Below are positions 40,197-50,149 of a DNA stretch of 64,000 nucleotides, one piece after another. The position numbers and the translations under genes were made by a program. Location: positions 434,001 through 498,000 of the forward strand of contig NZ_BAABFP010000004.1 of NCBI RefSeq assembly GCF_039541115.1, read 5' to 3'. The DNA is from Angustibacter luteus (GTDB lineage Bacteria > Actinomycetota > Actinomycetes > Actinomycetales > Angustibacteraceae). Position 1 is the stretch's first letter. Every line of letters starts with the position of its first letter. Under the pieces are notes generated by a model that did not search any database, was not told the origin of the DNA, and saw only the letters and a list, made by a program, of their open reading frames with translations.

Positions 40197-41195
40197 TCAT
40201 TGACGGCGGTCAGCCTCAGTCGTGTGACATGAGCTGGAACCTGTGGCCTTGTCCCGGTACATGGCGGCGTCCGCCAGGCGCCATGCGTCGTCCAACGAAC
40301 CGTCGGCAGGGCGCGTGGCGACCCCGATGGCGGCTGGGATGCCTGCGGCAGCGAGGGCCTCGCGCAGGTGGGCAGCAGTCTTGCGCCCGCCGGCGCCGTC
40401 TGTCTCCACGGTCAGGACGGCGAACTCGTCCCCACCGAGCCTCGCCACCAGGTCAGCGTCCCGGGTGGTCCTGCTCAGGACCTGCGCGCACGTGCGGAGC
40501 AGTTCGTCACCGGCGGCGTGACCGCGGTCGTCGTTGACCGCCTTGAGCCCGTTGATGTCCAGGACGAGAACGCAGGCTGGGTGGCCGTATCGCAGACAGC
40601 GGGCCTCCTCGGCAGCCACTACCTGGTTCCAACCACGCCGGTTCGCCAGGCCGGTGAGTTCGTCACGGGTGGCGTCGAGCTCAGCCCGTTCGGCTCGACG
40701 GGTCAGCTGCTCGCGACCCAGCTCAAGGTCGAGCACGGTGGCCAGCAGCCGGCCCGCCAGCTGGATCGCGGGCTTGGCTGCCAGCAGGGCGTCGGACTGG
40801 GGCTCGGGGTCGAACCCGCACAGGCTCCCGAACACTGTCCCGTCGCCAAGGCGCAGTGGCACCCCGGCGTAGGCCTCGATATCCATGGACTGCCGGTTGG
40901 CGGCTCGGGCGTACGCACGGACGTCGGCTACCCGAGGGGCGACAGTGGGACCCTCTCCGGCCACCATCTGGGTGCACAACGATCCCGACCAGCTGAGCAC
41001 CGTTCCTTCGGTGACGGTTGAGCCCGCCGGCGCCTCCGCCTGCAGCACGATCTGGTCCTCCCCGGCGGCTCGGGTGACCAGCCAAAGCCGCAGGCCGACC
41101 TGGCTGCGAAGACCGTCGAGGACGGCTCGGGCGGCCTCAGCGAAGCCATCGAACGGCCCCCCACCGTCGTCCGGTTCTGGTTCGCGGAACGCCAT
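40197..41195 (-). CDS. GAF-GGDEF diguanylate cyclase
   Basis: AYAGVPL..FGSLC GAF; DELTGLANRR, ARLGGDEF. Confidence 0.92.
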   Translation of the reverse strand: MAFREPEPDDGGGPFDGFAEAARAVLDGLRSQVGLRLWLVTRAAGEDQIVLQAEAPAGSTVTEGTVLSWSGSLCTQMVAGEGPTVAPRVADVRAYARAANRQSMDIEAYAGVPLRLGDGTVFGSLCGFDPEPQSDALLAAKPAIQLAGRLLATVLDLELGREQLTRRAERAELDATRDELTGLANRRGWNQVVAAEEARCLRYGHPACVLVLDINGLKAVNDDRGHAAGDELLRTCAQVLSRTTRDADLVARLGGDEFAVLTVETDGAGGRKTAAHLREALAAAGIPAAIGVATRPADGSLDDAWRLADAAMYRDKATGSSSCHTTEADRRQ

Positions 41196-41329
41196 CTAAG
41201 CCCCCTGGCAGCCAGCGCATCACCGCGCACAGCCCACGGTACGGACCAACCCGCTGAGGCGACGGGCGGATCGCAGAAATGCAGCGCAACCCCCACCAGA
41301 CCTGACGAGTGCAGCCGCCAGGAAGGGGA

Positions 41330-41591
41330 CTAGCGGCGCCCTCCTAGGAACGTGTCAATCACGGTGGACTGCGCACTGATGATGGAGGCGATCTCTTCGT
41401 GGATGGCCGTGACCTGCTCGACCGCGGTGTTGATGGTGCCGATCGCGTCTACGGCGCTTTTCGTGCCCGATTGGACCTCGGCGAGGCGCTCGGCGACCTC
41501 CTCGGCCGAGCGGGCGCTGGCCTGGGCGAGCTGCTTGACCTCGGTCGCCACGACCGCGAAGCCCTTACCGGCGTCGCCGGCCCGGGAGGCG
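41330..41591 (-). pseudogene. C-terminal fragment of a methyl-accepting chemotaxis protein
   Basis: SRAGDAGKGFAVVATEVKQLA hairpin-tip motif with no upstream MCP sequence. Confidence 0.8.
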
Positions 41592-41599
41592 ACGGTGCG

Positions 41600-42208
41600 G
41601 TCCGTCGGGCCATCGCCTGGCTGCGCGCCGGTTACCCCGAAGGCGTTCCCCAGCAGGACTACGTCGCCGTCCTCGGCGTCCTGCGACGCACCCTGACCGA
41701 CACCGAGCTCGAGCAGGTCGTGCAGGACCTCGTCGACGACGCTGCCAACGGGCAGGCCCTGGTCAACCGGGCCGTCATCGAGGCCCGCATCGCCGACGTC
41801 CTGAAGGGACCGATCCTGGACGGCGACGTGCTCCGTGTCTCGGCGCGCCTCGCGGCTGCCGGCTGGCCGCTCGCGGCACTTCACGGCCCAGGGCCGCAGG
41901 AGCACGAGCCGACCACCCGGACCACCCTGGTCACGCGCGTGGTCGACTGGCTGCGCACCGGGTACCCCAAGGGCCTGCCGGAGCGGGACTACATCGCACT
42001 GCTGGCCCTGCTGCGACGCCGGCTCACCGACGGGGAGGTCATCCACGTCGGCCAGCAGCTGATCCGTGACGGGGTGCTGCCCCCCGACCGGGCGGACATC
42101 GGCACCGCGATCGTGGGGATCACGGCCGAGCTGCCGGCCGACGAGGACGTGGAACGCGTCCGGCAGTACCTGACCGGCCACGGATGGCCGACTGACCTCA
42201 GCCTCTGA
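41600..42208 (+). pseudogene. Tandem DUF3349 protein, apparently lacking its start
   Basis: Two WLR.GYP.G.P..DY..LL..LRR.LTD repeats; no in-frame start near the first repeat. Confidence 0.65.
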
Positions 42209-42331
42209 ACCCCCATCGGCTGCGGGCCGCCGCGTCGGCACCCAAGCCCGTCAGTGCCGGTCAGGTGCACTCCGTCGGCGTCAGCGGTCCAGAGCGGCTG
42301 GGGCGACGCTGCCCCGACCTAGACTGACGAG

Positions 42332-43111
42332 GTGGACTGGGCCTTGGGGAACTTCGAGAAGTCGGCGGGTGAGATCAGGCCGGCGTCCGAGCAGGTCGTC
42401 GACGCGCTCGCGCCCGCGCGGGGGGACGTCGTCCTCGACCTGGGCTGCGGCACCGGCAACGCGGCGCTGATCGCGGCGGCGCGGGGCGCGGTGGTGACCG
42501 GGGTCGACCCGGCCGAACGCCTGCTGGACATCGCCCGGGCGGACGCCGCAGCCGCCGGACTCGACATCACCTTCGCTGCTGGCGACGCCGCCACGATCCC
42601 GCTGCCGGACGACTCGGTCGACGCCGTCATCTCCGTGTTCGCAGTGATCTTCGCGCCGGACGCCGCCGCGGCCGCCGCCGAGATGGCGCGCGTGCTGCGG
42701 CCCGGCGGCACGCTCGTGCTGTCCGCCTGGCGACGCGAGGGGGCGCTCGCCGCTCAGGCCGACCTCCGCCTCGGGCTCCTCGATCGCGCCGGCGGCCCAG
42801 CCCCCGCCGGTCCGCTCTTCGCCTGGCACGACGAGCACGCGCTGACCGAGCTGTTGTCGCCGTACGGGTTCGCGGTCACGACCACTGAGCACACGCTCGC
42901 CTTCACGGCGGCGTCGCCGGCCGCGTTCGCCGACCACGAGCTCGTCGACCACCCGATGTGGGTCGAGTCGCGCGAGCTGCTGGAGCGGGCGGGCCTGTGG
43001 GAGCAGGCTCGGCGCGACCTCACCCGAGCGTTCGACGAGCTCAACGAGGACCCGGCGGCCTTCCGCATCACTGGGCGCTACGTGGTGGCGACGGCAGCCC
43101 GACGCGGCTGA
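42332..43111 (+). CDS. Class I SAM-dependent methyltransferase
   Basis: VLDLGCGTG, GDA..IPLPD.SVD, RVLRPGG; TAGACT 6 nt before GTG (leaderless-type). Confidence 0.9.
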   Translation: MDWALGNFEKSAGEIRPASEQVVDALAPARGDVVLDLGCGTGNAALIAAARGAVVTGVDPAERLLDIARADAAAAGLDITFAAGDAATIPLPDDSVDAVISVFAVIFAPDAAAAAAEMARVLRPGGTLVLSAWRREGALAAQADLRLGLLDRAGGPAPAGPLFAWHDEHALTELLSPYGFAVTTTEHTLAFTAASPAAFADHELVDHPMWVESRELLERAGLWEQARRDLTRAFDELNEDPAAFRITGRYVVATAARRG

Positions 43112-43118
43112 GCGGCGC

Positions 43119-43961
43119 TCAGCGCGGCTTGCGGACGCCGCGGAGCGGCCAGTCGCCACCCTGGGCCGTCGACAGCACCTCCTCGGACTCCGTGGGTTGC
43201 GCACCGACGTCGTCCCGGATGGGTACCGGACCCGAGACGATGTGGTTCGTGAGCTTGCCGAGCCCCTCCACCTCGACCTCGACCACATCACCGGGGTAGA
43301 CCGTGCGCGAGTTCGCGGGCGTCCCGGACAGGAGCACGTCACCGGGGTTCAGGGTGATGGTGCGGGCGATGTCGGCGACGAGGTAGTGCATGTCCCACTC
43401 CATCTCGTCCGTGGACGCCTGCTGCTTCACCTCACCGTTGACGGTCAGCCGGATGGTCTTGCCCCGGAAGTCCCAGTCGTCGACCAGCCCAGGACCCAAC
43501 GGGCACAACGTGTCCGAGCCCTTGACCCGGAGCATCGAGCCGGCGTCGGTGTCCCGGAAGTCGTGCAGCCCGTAGTCGTTCGCGATGGTGTAGCCGGCGA
43601 TGTAGTCACCGGCCGCGTCGGGGCTGATGTTCCGGCACGTCCGGCCGATGACGATGGCGATCTCCCCCTCGTAATTGAGCCAGTTGCAGCGCTCGGGTCG
43701 CACCACCGCCCCTCGGTGGGCGTTCAGGGCCGACGTCGGCTTCTGGAAGAAGGTCGGACTGGCCGGCAGGGCGGTGCCGAACTCCTCCACCCGGCTGGTG
43801 TAGTTCAGGTGCACGGCAATGATCTTGGAGGGCACGACGGGTGGCAGGTGCACGGCCGTCTCCACGTCGACGGTCCGGCCGTCGCCGGCGACGAGCAACT
43901 CACCGTCACGGACGACGTCCACGACCGCGCCGTCCAGCAGGATCCTGCGGTACTCGGTCAT
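43119..43961 (-). CDS. Fumarylacetoacetate hydrolase family (HpaG-like)
   Basis: YEGEIAIVIG, GYTIAND, PGDVLLSGTP. Confidence 0.9.
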   Translation of the reverse strand: MTEYRRILLDGAVVDVVRDGELLVAGDGRTVDVETAVHLPPVVPSKIIAVHLNYTSRVEEFGTALPASPTFFQKPTSALNAHRGAVVRPERCNWLNYEGEIAIVIGRTCRNISPDAAGDYIAGYTIANDYGLHDFRDTDAGSMLRVKGSDTLCPLGPGLVDDWDFRGKTIRLTVNGEVKQQASTDEMEWDMHYLVADIARTITLNPGDVLLSGTPANSRTVYPGDVVEVEVEGLGKLTNHIVSGPVPIRDDVGAQPTESEEVLSTAQGGDWPLRGVRKPR

Positions 43962-44914
43962 GAGCCGGCCACCCCCGCGTCGTGCATCGAGGGTTGCTCG
44001 GCGGTCAGCGGCTCGAGGTGCGTGCGTCGCGGCCGCGGGAAGCCATCGGCCGGCCGGTCGAACCACAGGTGCGCCTGACCGGTTCCGACTGAGTTCTCGT
44101 ACTCGCCGTACTGGCGCCCGGTCGCGGTGCAGTCTCCCTCCCCGAGCGCGCCGATCATCATGAGGTAGTGCCCGAACCGGGCCTCCGGCCGGAACCGGTA
44201 GAACTGGGCCATCGTCTCCAGCACCCTCGCGTGGTCGCCGTTCTTGAACCAGTCGATCCGCTCGGCGTCCGCGGCCGCCGCCTCCGGGGTGAAGATGTGC
44301 TCGATCCCTGCGGCCTCGTGCTGACGCAGCTGGCGCAGCGGCCAGAACGTGTGGCTCAACGCGCCGGAGGCGATCAGCAGCACCTTGCGGTCGCTCTCGG
44401 CGATCGCGTCGCCGAGCGCCCGCCCGAGGCGCAGGTTGTCCTCGCCCTCGGCCGTCTGGCAGACGCCGATGGAGATCCACTTCTTGTCCGGCAGCCCGTC
44501 GCCCAGGAACTCCCAGACGTTCGTGGTGGCGTAGAAGATCGGCAGGTGGTCGTCCTCGATGGCCGTGATCCAGGTGCCGTGCCGGTCCGCCTTGCTGGCG
44601 ATCAGGTGCGCGAGCTCGGGGTCGCCCTGGAAGTCGTAGGGTCGCTGGGACATCCCGCGCGGCAGCTCCTCCGAGGTGAACAGCCCGTGCCGCCGGGACT
44701 GCGCCGTGACCACGAACTCCACCGTCGTGGCCCAGTGCGAGTCCAGGACGACGACGGTGTCGTAGTCGAGGGTGTCGAAGACCTCGCGGCGCAGCTGGTG
44801 CAGGCCGGACACCAAGGTGCTGTCCTGCCCGTGGTTCAGCTCTCGCCGTACCTCCTCGGGCAGCACGATCGTCGGGACGTGCGCGATCAGTCCGGCCCCC
44901 ACTACCTCGCCCAT
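43958..44914 (-). CDS. Extradiol ring-cleavage dioxygenase, LigB/HpaD-like
   Basis: AHVPTI, DSHW, ASGALSH, SVGTGQ. Confidence 0.85.
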   Translation of the reverse strand: MGEVVGAGLIAHVPTIVLPEEVRRELNHGQDSTLVSGLHQLRREVFDTLDYDTVVVLDSHWATTVEFVVTAQSRRHGLFTSEELPRGMSQRPYDFQGDPELAHLIASKADRHGTWITAIEDDHLPIFYATTNVWEFLGDGLPDKKWISIGVCQTAEGEDNLRLGRALGDAIAESDRKVLLIASGALSHTFWPLRQLRQHEAAGIEHIFTPEAAAADAERIDWFKNGDHARVLETMAQFYRFRPEARFGHYLMMIGALGEGDCTATGRQYGEYENSVGTGQAHLWFDRPADGFPRPRRTHLEPLTAEQPSMHDAGVAGS

Positions 44915-46407
44915 CAGCGAGCTCCCTTCCCTGCGTTCCAGCCGTGCGGCGCGAAGACCGTGTTCTTCACGTCCGTGTAGAAGTCGAACGACCAGGTGCC
45001 GCCCTCTCGGCCGATCCCTGACTTCCCGTTCCCGCCGAAGGGTGCGCCGAGGTCCCGGACGAAGAAGCAGTTCACCCAGACCGTGCCGGCGTTGAGCCTG
45101 CTGCTCACCCGCTCGGCCCGCTCGGGGTCACCCGTCACGAGGGTCGCGGCCAGGCCGAAGCGCGTCGAGTTGGCCATCTCGACGGCCTGGTCCTCCGTGG
45201 TGAAGGACTGGACGGTCAGCACCGGCCCGAAGACCTCCTCCGTGAGGATCTCGCTGCCGGGCTCGGCATCGACCAGGATCGTCGGGCGGTAGTACAGGTG
45301 CCCGAGGTCGTCGTTGGGCCCGCCACCGAGCACGGCCTTGGCGCCGGCGCCCTTGGCGCGCTGGACGAATCCGTCCACCCGCTCCAGGTGCGCCCGGCTG
45401 ATCAGGCAGGACATGTCGGTGTCCTCGTGACGTGGGTCGCCCTGCACGATGGCTCGGGCCCGCTCGACCACGGCGTCGAGGAAGGTGTCCCGGATCGAGT
45501 CCTCGACCAGGATCCGGAACGCGCCGAGGCAGACCTGCCCGGAGTTGTCGAACTGCTCGACGGCCAGGCTCACTGCCAGGTCGAAGTCGCTGTCCGCGAA
45601 CACCACCAGCGGCGACTTCCCGCCCAGCTCGAACGACAGCGGCACGATGTTCGGCGCCGCGGCGGTCGCGATCGTCCCGGCGGTCGGTACGGACCCGGTG
45701 AACGAGAGCCGGTTGATGCCTGGGTGGGCGGTCAGCGGAGCGCCGGCCTCGGCACCCGTGCCCTGGACGACGTTGAACACCCCCGCCGGCAGGCCGGCCT
45801 CCGCGGTGATGTCCGCGAGCAGGGACGCGGTGAGCGGGGCCCACTCCGGCGGCTTGGCGACGACCGTGTTGCCGGCGGCCAGGGCCGGCCCGATGCGCCA
45901 CGTGGCCAGCATCAGCGGGGCGTTCCACGGTGTGATGATCGCGGCGACTCCGGCCGGGTCGTAGCTGACCCGCTCGCGGTGCCCGCGGATCTCGCCGTCC
46001 GGGTGGTCCAGGTTCTCCACCCAGTCGGCGAAGAACCGGAAGTTCATCCCGACCCGGGGCATGACGCCCCGGCGGTGCGAGCGCAACAGCGAACCGTTGT
46101 CGCGGGTCTCGACCCGGGCGAGCTCCTCGGCCCGGGCGTCGATCCCGTCGGCGACCCGGCGCAGGATCGTGGCGCGCTCGGCCGCCGGCAGCGCGGCCCA
46201 GCTGGGGAAGGCCGCCCGGGCGGCAGCAACAGCGGCGTCCACCTCCGCGGCCCCGCCGGCCGAGATCTCGGCGATCGGCTGCTCGTCGATCGGCGAGACG
46301 TCCGTGAAGGTCGTCGCGGAGGCGACCCGCTCGCCGTTGATCCAGTGCCGGGTGTCGACGTCGACTCCCTCGACCGTCGCGAGCGACGGGGTCGTCGAGG
46401 CGCTCAC
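44914..46407 (-). CDS. Aldehyde dehydrogenase (hydroxymuconic semialdehyde dehydrogenase/HpaE-like)
   Basis: PWNAP, FELGGKSP, GQVC, EEVFGP, PFGGNGKSGIGREGG. Confidence 0.9.
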   Translation of the reverse strand: MSASTTPSLATVEGVDVDTRHWINGERVASATTFTDVSPIDEQPIAEISAGGAAEVDAAVAAARAAFPSWAALPAAERATILRRVADGIDARAEELARVETRDNGSLLRSHRRGVMPRVGMNFRFFADWVENLDHPDGEIRGHRERVSYDPAGVAAIITPWNAPLMLATWRIGPALAAGNTVVAKPPEWAPLTASLLADITAEAGLPAGVFNVVQGTGAEAGAPLTAHPGINRLSFTGSVPTAGTIATAAAPNIVPLSFELGGKSPLVVFADSDFDLAVSLAVEQFDNSGQVCLGAFRILVEDSIRDTFLDAVVERARAIVQGDPRHEDTDMSCLISRAHLERVDGFVQRAKGAGAKAVLGGGPNDDLGHLYYRPTILVDAEPGSEILTEEVFGPVLTVQSFTTEDQAVEMANSTRFGLAATLVTGDPERAERVSSRLNAGTVWVNCFFVRDLGAPFGGNGKSGIGREGGTWSFDFYTDVKNTVFAPHGWNAGKGAR

Positions 46408-47216
46408 CGGTCGACCCCGTCGGTCAACGTGGCGAGGCTGCGGCCGCCGTTCCAGACGACGCCGACCTGGCGGTAGTAGCCGCCGATGATCTCCTCCACC
46501 GGCAGCCGGTCGAGTTCCTCGGTCGGTGAGTCGAACAGTCGCAGCTCGGCGTCACCGCTCCAGGCCTGACCGCCCTCGAAGTCGCTGGCGCCCGACTCGA
46601 TGAGCTCGGCGAACGCGTCCGGGGCGCCGGCGGCGATGCCCGGGTACACCCGGTGATGCGCCATGGGGTGGCCGTTGACGAAGCCCGCGGTCGGGCTCTC
46701 CTCGCGCAGGGTGAGCACGGCCTCGGCCAGGCGCCGGTCGCCGGCCGCCAGCGTGGCGCCGAAGACCCCGCCGGGCGCGATCTGCGGGGCGGCGTGCCCG
46801 AACACGTGGGGCCGGGTCTGCCAGATCGAGCCGAGCTTCTTCGGGTAGCCCTGGTGCAAGCCTCGACCGATCGCGAAGTCCTTGTCCACCCAGATGTAGA
46901 CGCAGCGGGAGTAGGTCTGCCCGCGGAACGTGCAGCGCACGACGACGAAGGCTTCCTTGTACTGCGAGCGCACCGGGTCGAGCAGCTCCTCGCGCGAGCT
47001 GGAGCAGGACTGCCAGTCCGCCCAGATGATGGCGACCGCACCCGGATCGTCCTCGGCGAGGGTGAGCGGCGCGGGCAGCAGCTCGGCGACCCGGGCCGGG
47101 TCGGTCCGGTACTCGACGGTCAGCAGGTCGCCGGAGTAGGACCACGGCGGGGCCGGGATGAGCGACGACCTCCCGGTCGCGCTGCGGGGGTAGAAGAACC
47201 CCTGGACGTCGTTCAT
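46404..47216 (-). CDS. Acetoacetate decarboxylase family protein
   Basis: PPW.YSGD, QGYPKKLG Schiff-base lysine motif. Confidence 0.85.
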   Translation of the reverse strand: MNDVQGFFYPRSATGRSSLIPAPPWSYSGDLLTVEYRTDPARVAELLPAPLTLAEDDPGAVAIIWADWQSCSSSREELLDPVRSQYKEAFVVVRCTFRGQTYSRCVYIWVDKDFAIGRGLHQGYPKKLGSIWQTRPHVFGHAAPQIAPGGVFGATLAAGDRRLAEAVLTLREESPTAGFVNGHPMAHHRVYPGIAAGAPDAFAELIESGASDFEGGQAWSGDAELRLFDSPTEELDRLPVEEIIGGYYRQVGVVWNGGRSLATLTDGVDR

Positions 47217-47362
47217 CGGTGCTCGCTCCCGTCGTTCGTTTGGATCCGTACGATACAGCGGATGGGTCGGCCTGACAACGCGCTCGGACGTGGCCGTCGG
47301 AGCCTTGCCAACCGCCGACTCCTCGACTACCGTTCGGACCCAAATGATCTGGGAGGTACCTG

Positions 47363-48715
47363 GTGGGGCACTTCGACACGTCCGGTCTGGAAGAGGCCGC
47401 TGCGGGGCTGGTCCAGGACGGCATCGACGTCGTCCGGGTGGCCTACTCGGACCTGATGGGCACCGACCGCGGCCGGGACATCCTGACCAACCGGTTCGCC
47501 CGCACGACGCACGACGGGGTCGCCTTCTGCCGGTCGATCTACGGCACGTCCCCGATGGGCGACGTGATCGACATCGAGGGCGGCCTGGCCGCTGGGCTGC
47601 CGGACGTGGTGGCCTTCCCGGACGTGTCGACCCTGCAGAAGGTGCCCTGGGAACCCGGTGTCGCGCACTGCATCGCCGACGTGTTCAATCCCGACGGGAC
47701 GCCCGCGGAGGAGGACCCGCGGACCGTGCTGAAGCGGGTCATCCGCCAGTTCGCCGAGCTCGGCATGGTTCCCACGGTCGGGCCGGAGCTCGAGTTCTAC
47801 CTGCTGGAGAAGGACGACACCGTGCCCAGTGGCTGGCGTCGCTACGGCGAGGCGACCGGCAACGTGTACGTCGCCGGCCTGCGGGGGGATCCCGAGAACA
47901 CGTTGCTGCGCAGCCTGCGCCACCTGTCGGCGTACGGGCTCGAGGTGGTGGCGGCGAACCACGAGTTCTCCAGCGGCCAGTTCGAGATCAACCTCTGGCA
48001 CTCCGAGGCGCTGGACGCCGCCGACCGCGCCTTCCGGTTCAAGGCCGCGGTCAAGGAGCTCGCCCGCCGCGAGGACAAGCTCGCGACCTTCATGGCCAAG
48101 CCGTTCAACGACGAGGGTGGTTCCGGCTTCCACCTGCACTTCTCCACCTGGTCCGACGACGGCCAGCCGCTGTTCCACGACCCCGACGCGCCGGACGGGC
48201 TGTCCCAGGTGGCCCGCGGCGCCATCGCCGGCGTGATCAAGCACGCCCCGGCACTTGCCGCGCTGGCCAACCCGACCATCAACTCCTACAAGCGGTTCGG
48301 GCCGGACACCCTCGCCCCGTGGTTGATCGACTGGGGCCTGGACAACCGCAGCGCGATGGTGCGGATCCCACCCGAGCGCGGTGGTGCGACCCGGCTCGAG
48401 CTGCGCCTGGGCGACGCCAGCGCCAACCCCTACCTGGCCGTCGCGGGACTGCTCGCGGCCGCCTACCTCGGGATCAAGGAGGGCCTGGAGCCGCCGGCCG
48501 CCCTGGAGGGCTACGGCTACGACCCGGCGAAGGCGGACCTGCTGCCCGGCGACCTCGGCACCGCGCTCGACGCGCTGGAGGCGGACACCGAGCTCGTCGA
48601 GGCGCTCGGTGGCCAGTTCGTGCGCACCTTCGCGGCGTACAAGCGCAACGAGCTGGAGCGCTTCTCCCGCTGGGTCACCGACTGGGAGTTCCGCGAGTAC
48701 GCCTACCACCTGTGA
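47363..48715 (+). CDS. Glutamine synthetase-like protein (probable gamma-glutamylamide ligase)
   Basis: GPELEFY, HEFSSGQFEI, TFMAKP, GSGFHLH, DNRSA, ELRLGD..NPYL. Confidence 0.88.
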   Translation: MGHFDTSGLEEAAAGLVQDGIDVVRVAYSDLMGTDRGRDILTNRFARTTHDGVAFCRSIYGTSPMGDVIDIEGGLAAGLPDVVAFPDVSTLQKVPWEPGVAHCIADVFNPDGTPAEEDPRTVLKRVIRQFAELGMVPTVGPELEFYLLEKDDTVPSGWRRYGEATGNVYVAGLRGDPENTLLRSLRHLSAYGLEVVAANHEFSSGQFEINLWHSEALDAADRAFRFKAAVKELARREDKLATFMAKPFNDEGGSGFHLHFSTWSDDGQPLFHDPDAPDGLSQVARGAIAGVIKHAPALAALANPTINSYKRFGPDTLAPWLIDWGLDNRSAMVRIPPERGGATRLELRLGDASANPYLAVAGLLAAAYLGIKEGLEPPAALEGYGYDPAKADLLPGDLGTALDALEADTELVEALGGQFVRTFAAYKRNELERFSRWVTDWEFREYAYHL

Positions 48716-48755
48716 ACCGTTGACCGCACCACCTCTCGAGATGAGGAGCACGACC

Positions 48756-50033
48756 GTGACCGAGCCAACGCCCGTCCCGCTCGAGGACGTCGACCTGGCG
48801 GACCTGGACCGGTTCGCCCGCAACGAGGGCTGGGGACAGTTCGACACCCTGCGGCGCGAGGCCCCGGTGTTCTGGAACGCCGAGGCGGCCCCGAGCTCCG
48901 GGTTCTGGGCGGTGACGCGGCACGAGGACATCTGCGCCGTCGACCGCGACCCGGAGACCTTCACGTCGACGAAGTTCACGAACCTCGAAGAGGTGGACGA
49001 CGACCTGCAGGACCTGCGGCGCTCGATCCTGGAGACCGACGGCCTGCGGCACCGAGCGTTGCGGAAGCTGATCCAGCGCGAGTTCAGCCAGGGCAACCTG
49101 CTGCGCAACTACGAGGAGTTCCTGCGCGGGCTCACCAAGGCCACCGTCGACGCGGCGCTGCCCAAGGGGGAGTTCGACTTCGTCAAGGAGATCAGCGCCG
49201 ACTTCCCGATCCAGGTCCTGGTGCGGTTGCTCGACGTCCCGGTGGCGGACACCGGCAAGCTGATCGACTGGGGCAACCAGATGATCGGCAACACCGACCC
49301 GGACTACGCCGAGCACCTGCTCGCCGACCCGGAGAGCGAGCAGTACAAGCACCTGCCGTTCCGGTCGCCGGCGGCGCTCGAGGTGTTCGAGTACGGGCGC
49401 GCACTGGCCCGCGAGCGCAAGGGCGGTGACGGCACCGACCTGATCAGCATGCTCGTGAACCGGGTGCCGGAGGACGGCGAGCCGTTGTCCGCCACCGACT
49501 TCGACAACTACTTCCTGCTCCTGGTCGTGGCCGGCAACGAGACGACCCGGCACACGATCAGCCAGGCCATGCTGGCGCTCATCGAGCACCCGGACCAGCT
49601 CGCCCTGCTCCAGGAGCGACCCGAGCTGATCCCCGGCGCGGTCGAGGAGTTCCTGCGCTGGGCCTCGCCGGTCTACCACTTCCGGCGTACGGCGACCCGC
49701 GACGTGGAGCTCGGTGGCGCGCAGATCAAGGAGGGCGACAAGGTCGTCATGTGGTTCGCCTCCGGCAACCGCGACGAGAGCGTCTTCGACGAGCCGTACC
49801 GGTTCGACGTGACCCGTCAGGACATCGACCACGTCACGTTCGGCAAGGGCAGCCCGCACGTCTGCCTCGGGAACAGCCTGGCGCGCATGGAGATCCGGCT
49901 CATGTTCACCGAGCTGATCCCGCGGCTCGCGAGCATCGAGCTCACCGGCGACGTCCGCCGGGTGCGCAGCAACTTCGTCAACGGGATCAAGACCCTTCCG
50001 GTCCGCGTCACCACCCGCCAACCTCCCCCGTGA
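48756..50033 (+). CDS. Cytochrome P450
   Basis: AGNETT I-helix, EEFLR, FGKGSPHVCLG heme motif; AGGAG RBS. Confidence 0.95.
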   Translation: MTEPTPVPLEDVDLADLDRFARNEGWGQFDTLRREAPVFWNAEAAPSSGFWAVTRHEDICAVDRDPETFTSTKFTNLEEVDDDLQDLRRSILETDGLRHRALRKLIQREFSQGNLLRNYEEFLRGLTKATVDAALPKGEFDFVKEISADFPIQVLVRLLDVPVADTGKLIDWGNQMIGNTDPDYAEHLLADPESEQYKHLPFRSPAALEVFEYGRALARERKGGDGTDLISMLVNRVPEDGEPLSATDFDNYFLLLVVAGNETTRHTISQAMLALIEHPDQLALLQERPELIPGAVEEFLRWASPVYHFRRTATRDVELGGAQIKEGDKVVMWFASGNRDESVFDEPYRFDVTRQDIDHVTFGKGSPHVCLGNSLARMEIRLMFTELIPRLASIELTGDVRRVRSNFVNGIKTLPVRVTTRQPPP

Positions 50034-50145
50034 TCATGCACGTTCGCCCCACCCCCCGCGGTGATCATGCACGTTCGCCCCGCCACCCTGGCGGTGATCA
50101 TGCACGTTCGCCCCACCACCCCGCCGTGATCATGCACGTTCGCCC
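50030..50145 (+). repeat. 4 copies of GTGATCATGCACGTTCGCCC
   Basis: Exact copies at 50030, 50061, 50094 and 50126 with 11-13 bp C-rich linkers. Confidence 0.97.
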
Positions 50146-50149
50146 GCGC

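Noticed and set aside
41330..42241. 303-aa intact chemotaxis receptor
   Set aside because: Only the last ~87 codons are MCP-like; the rest is antisense to the DUF3349 frame.
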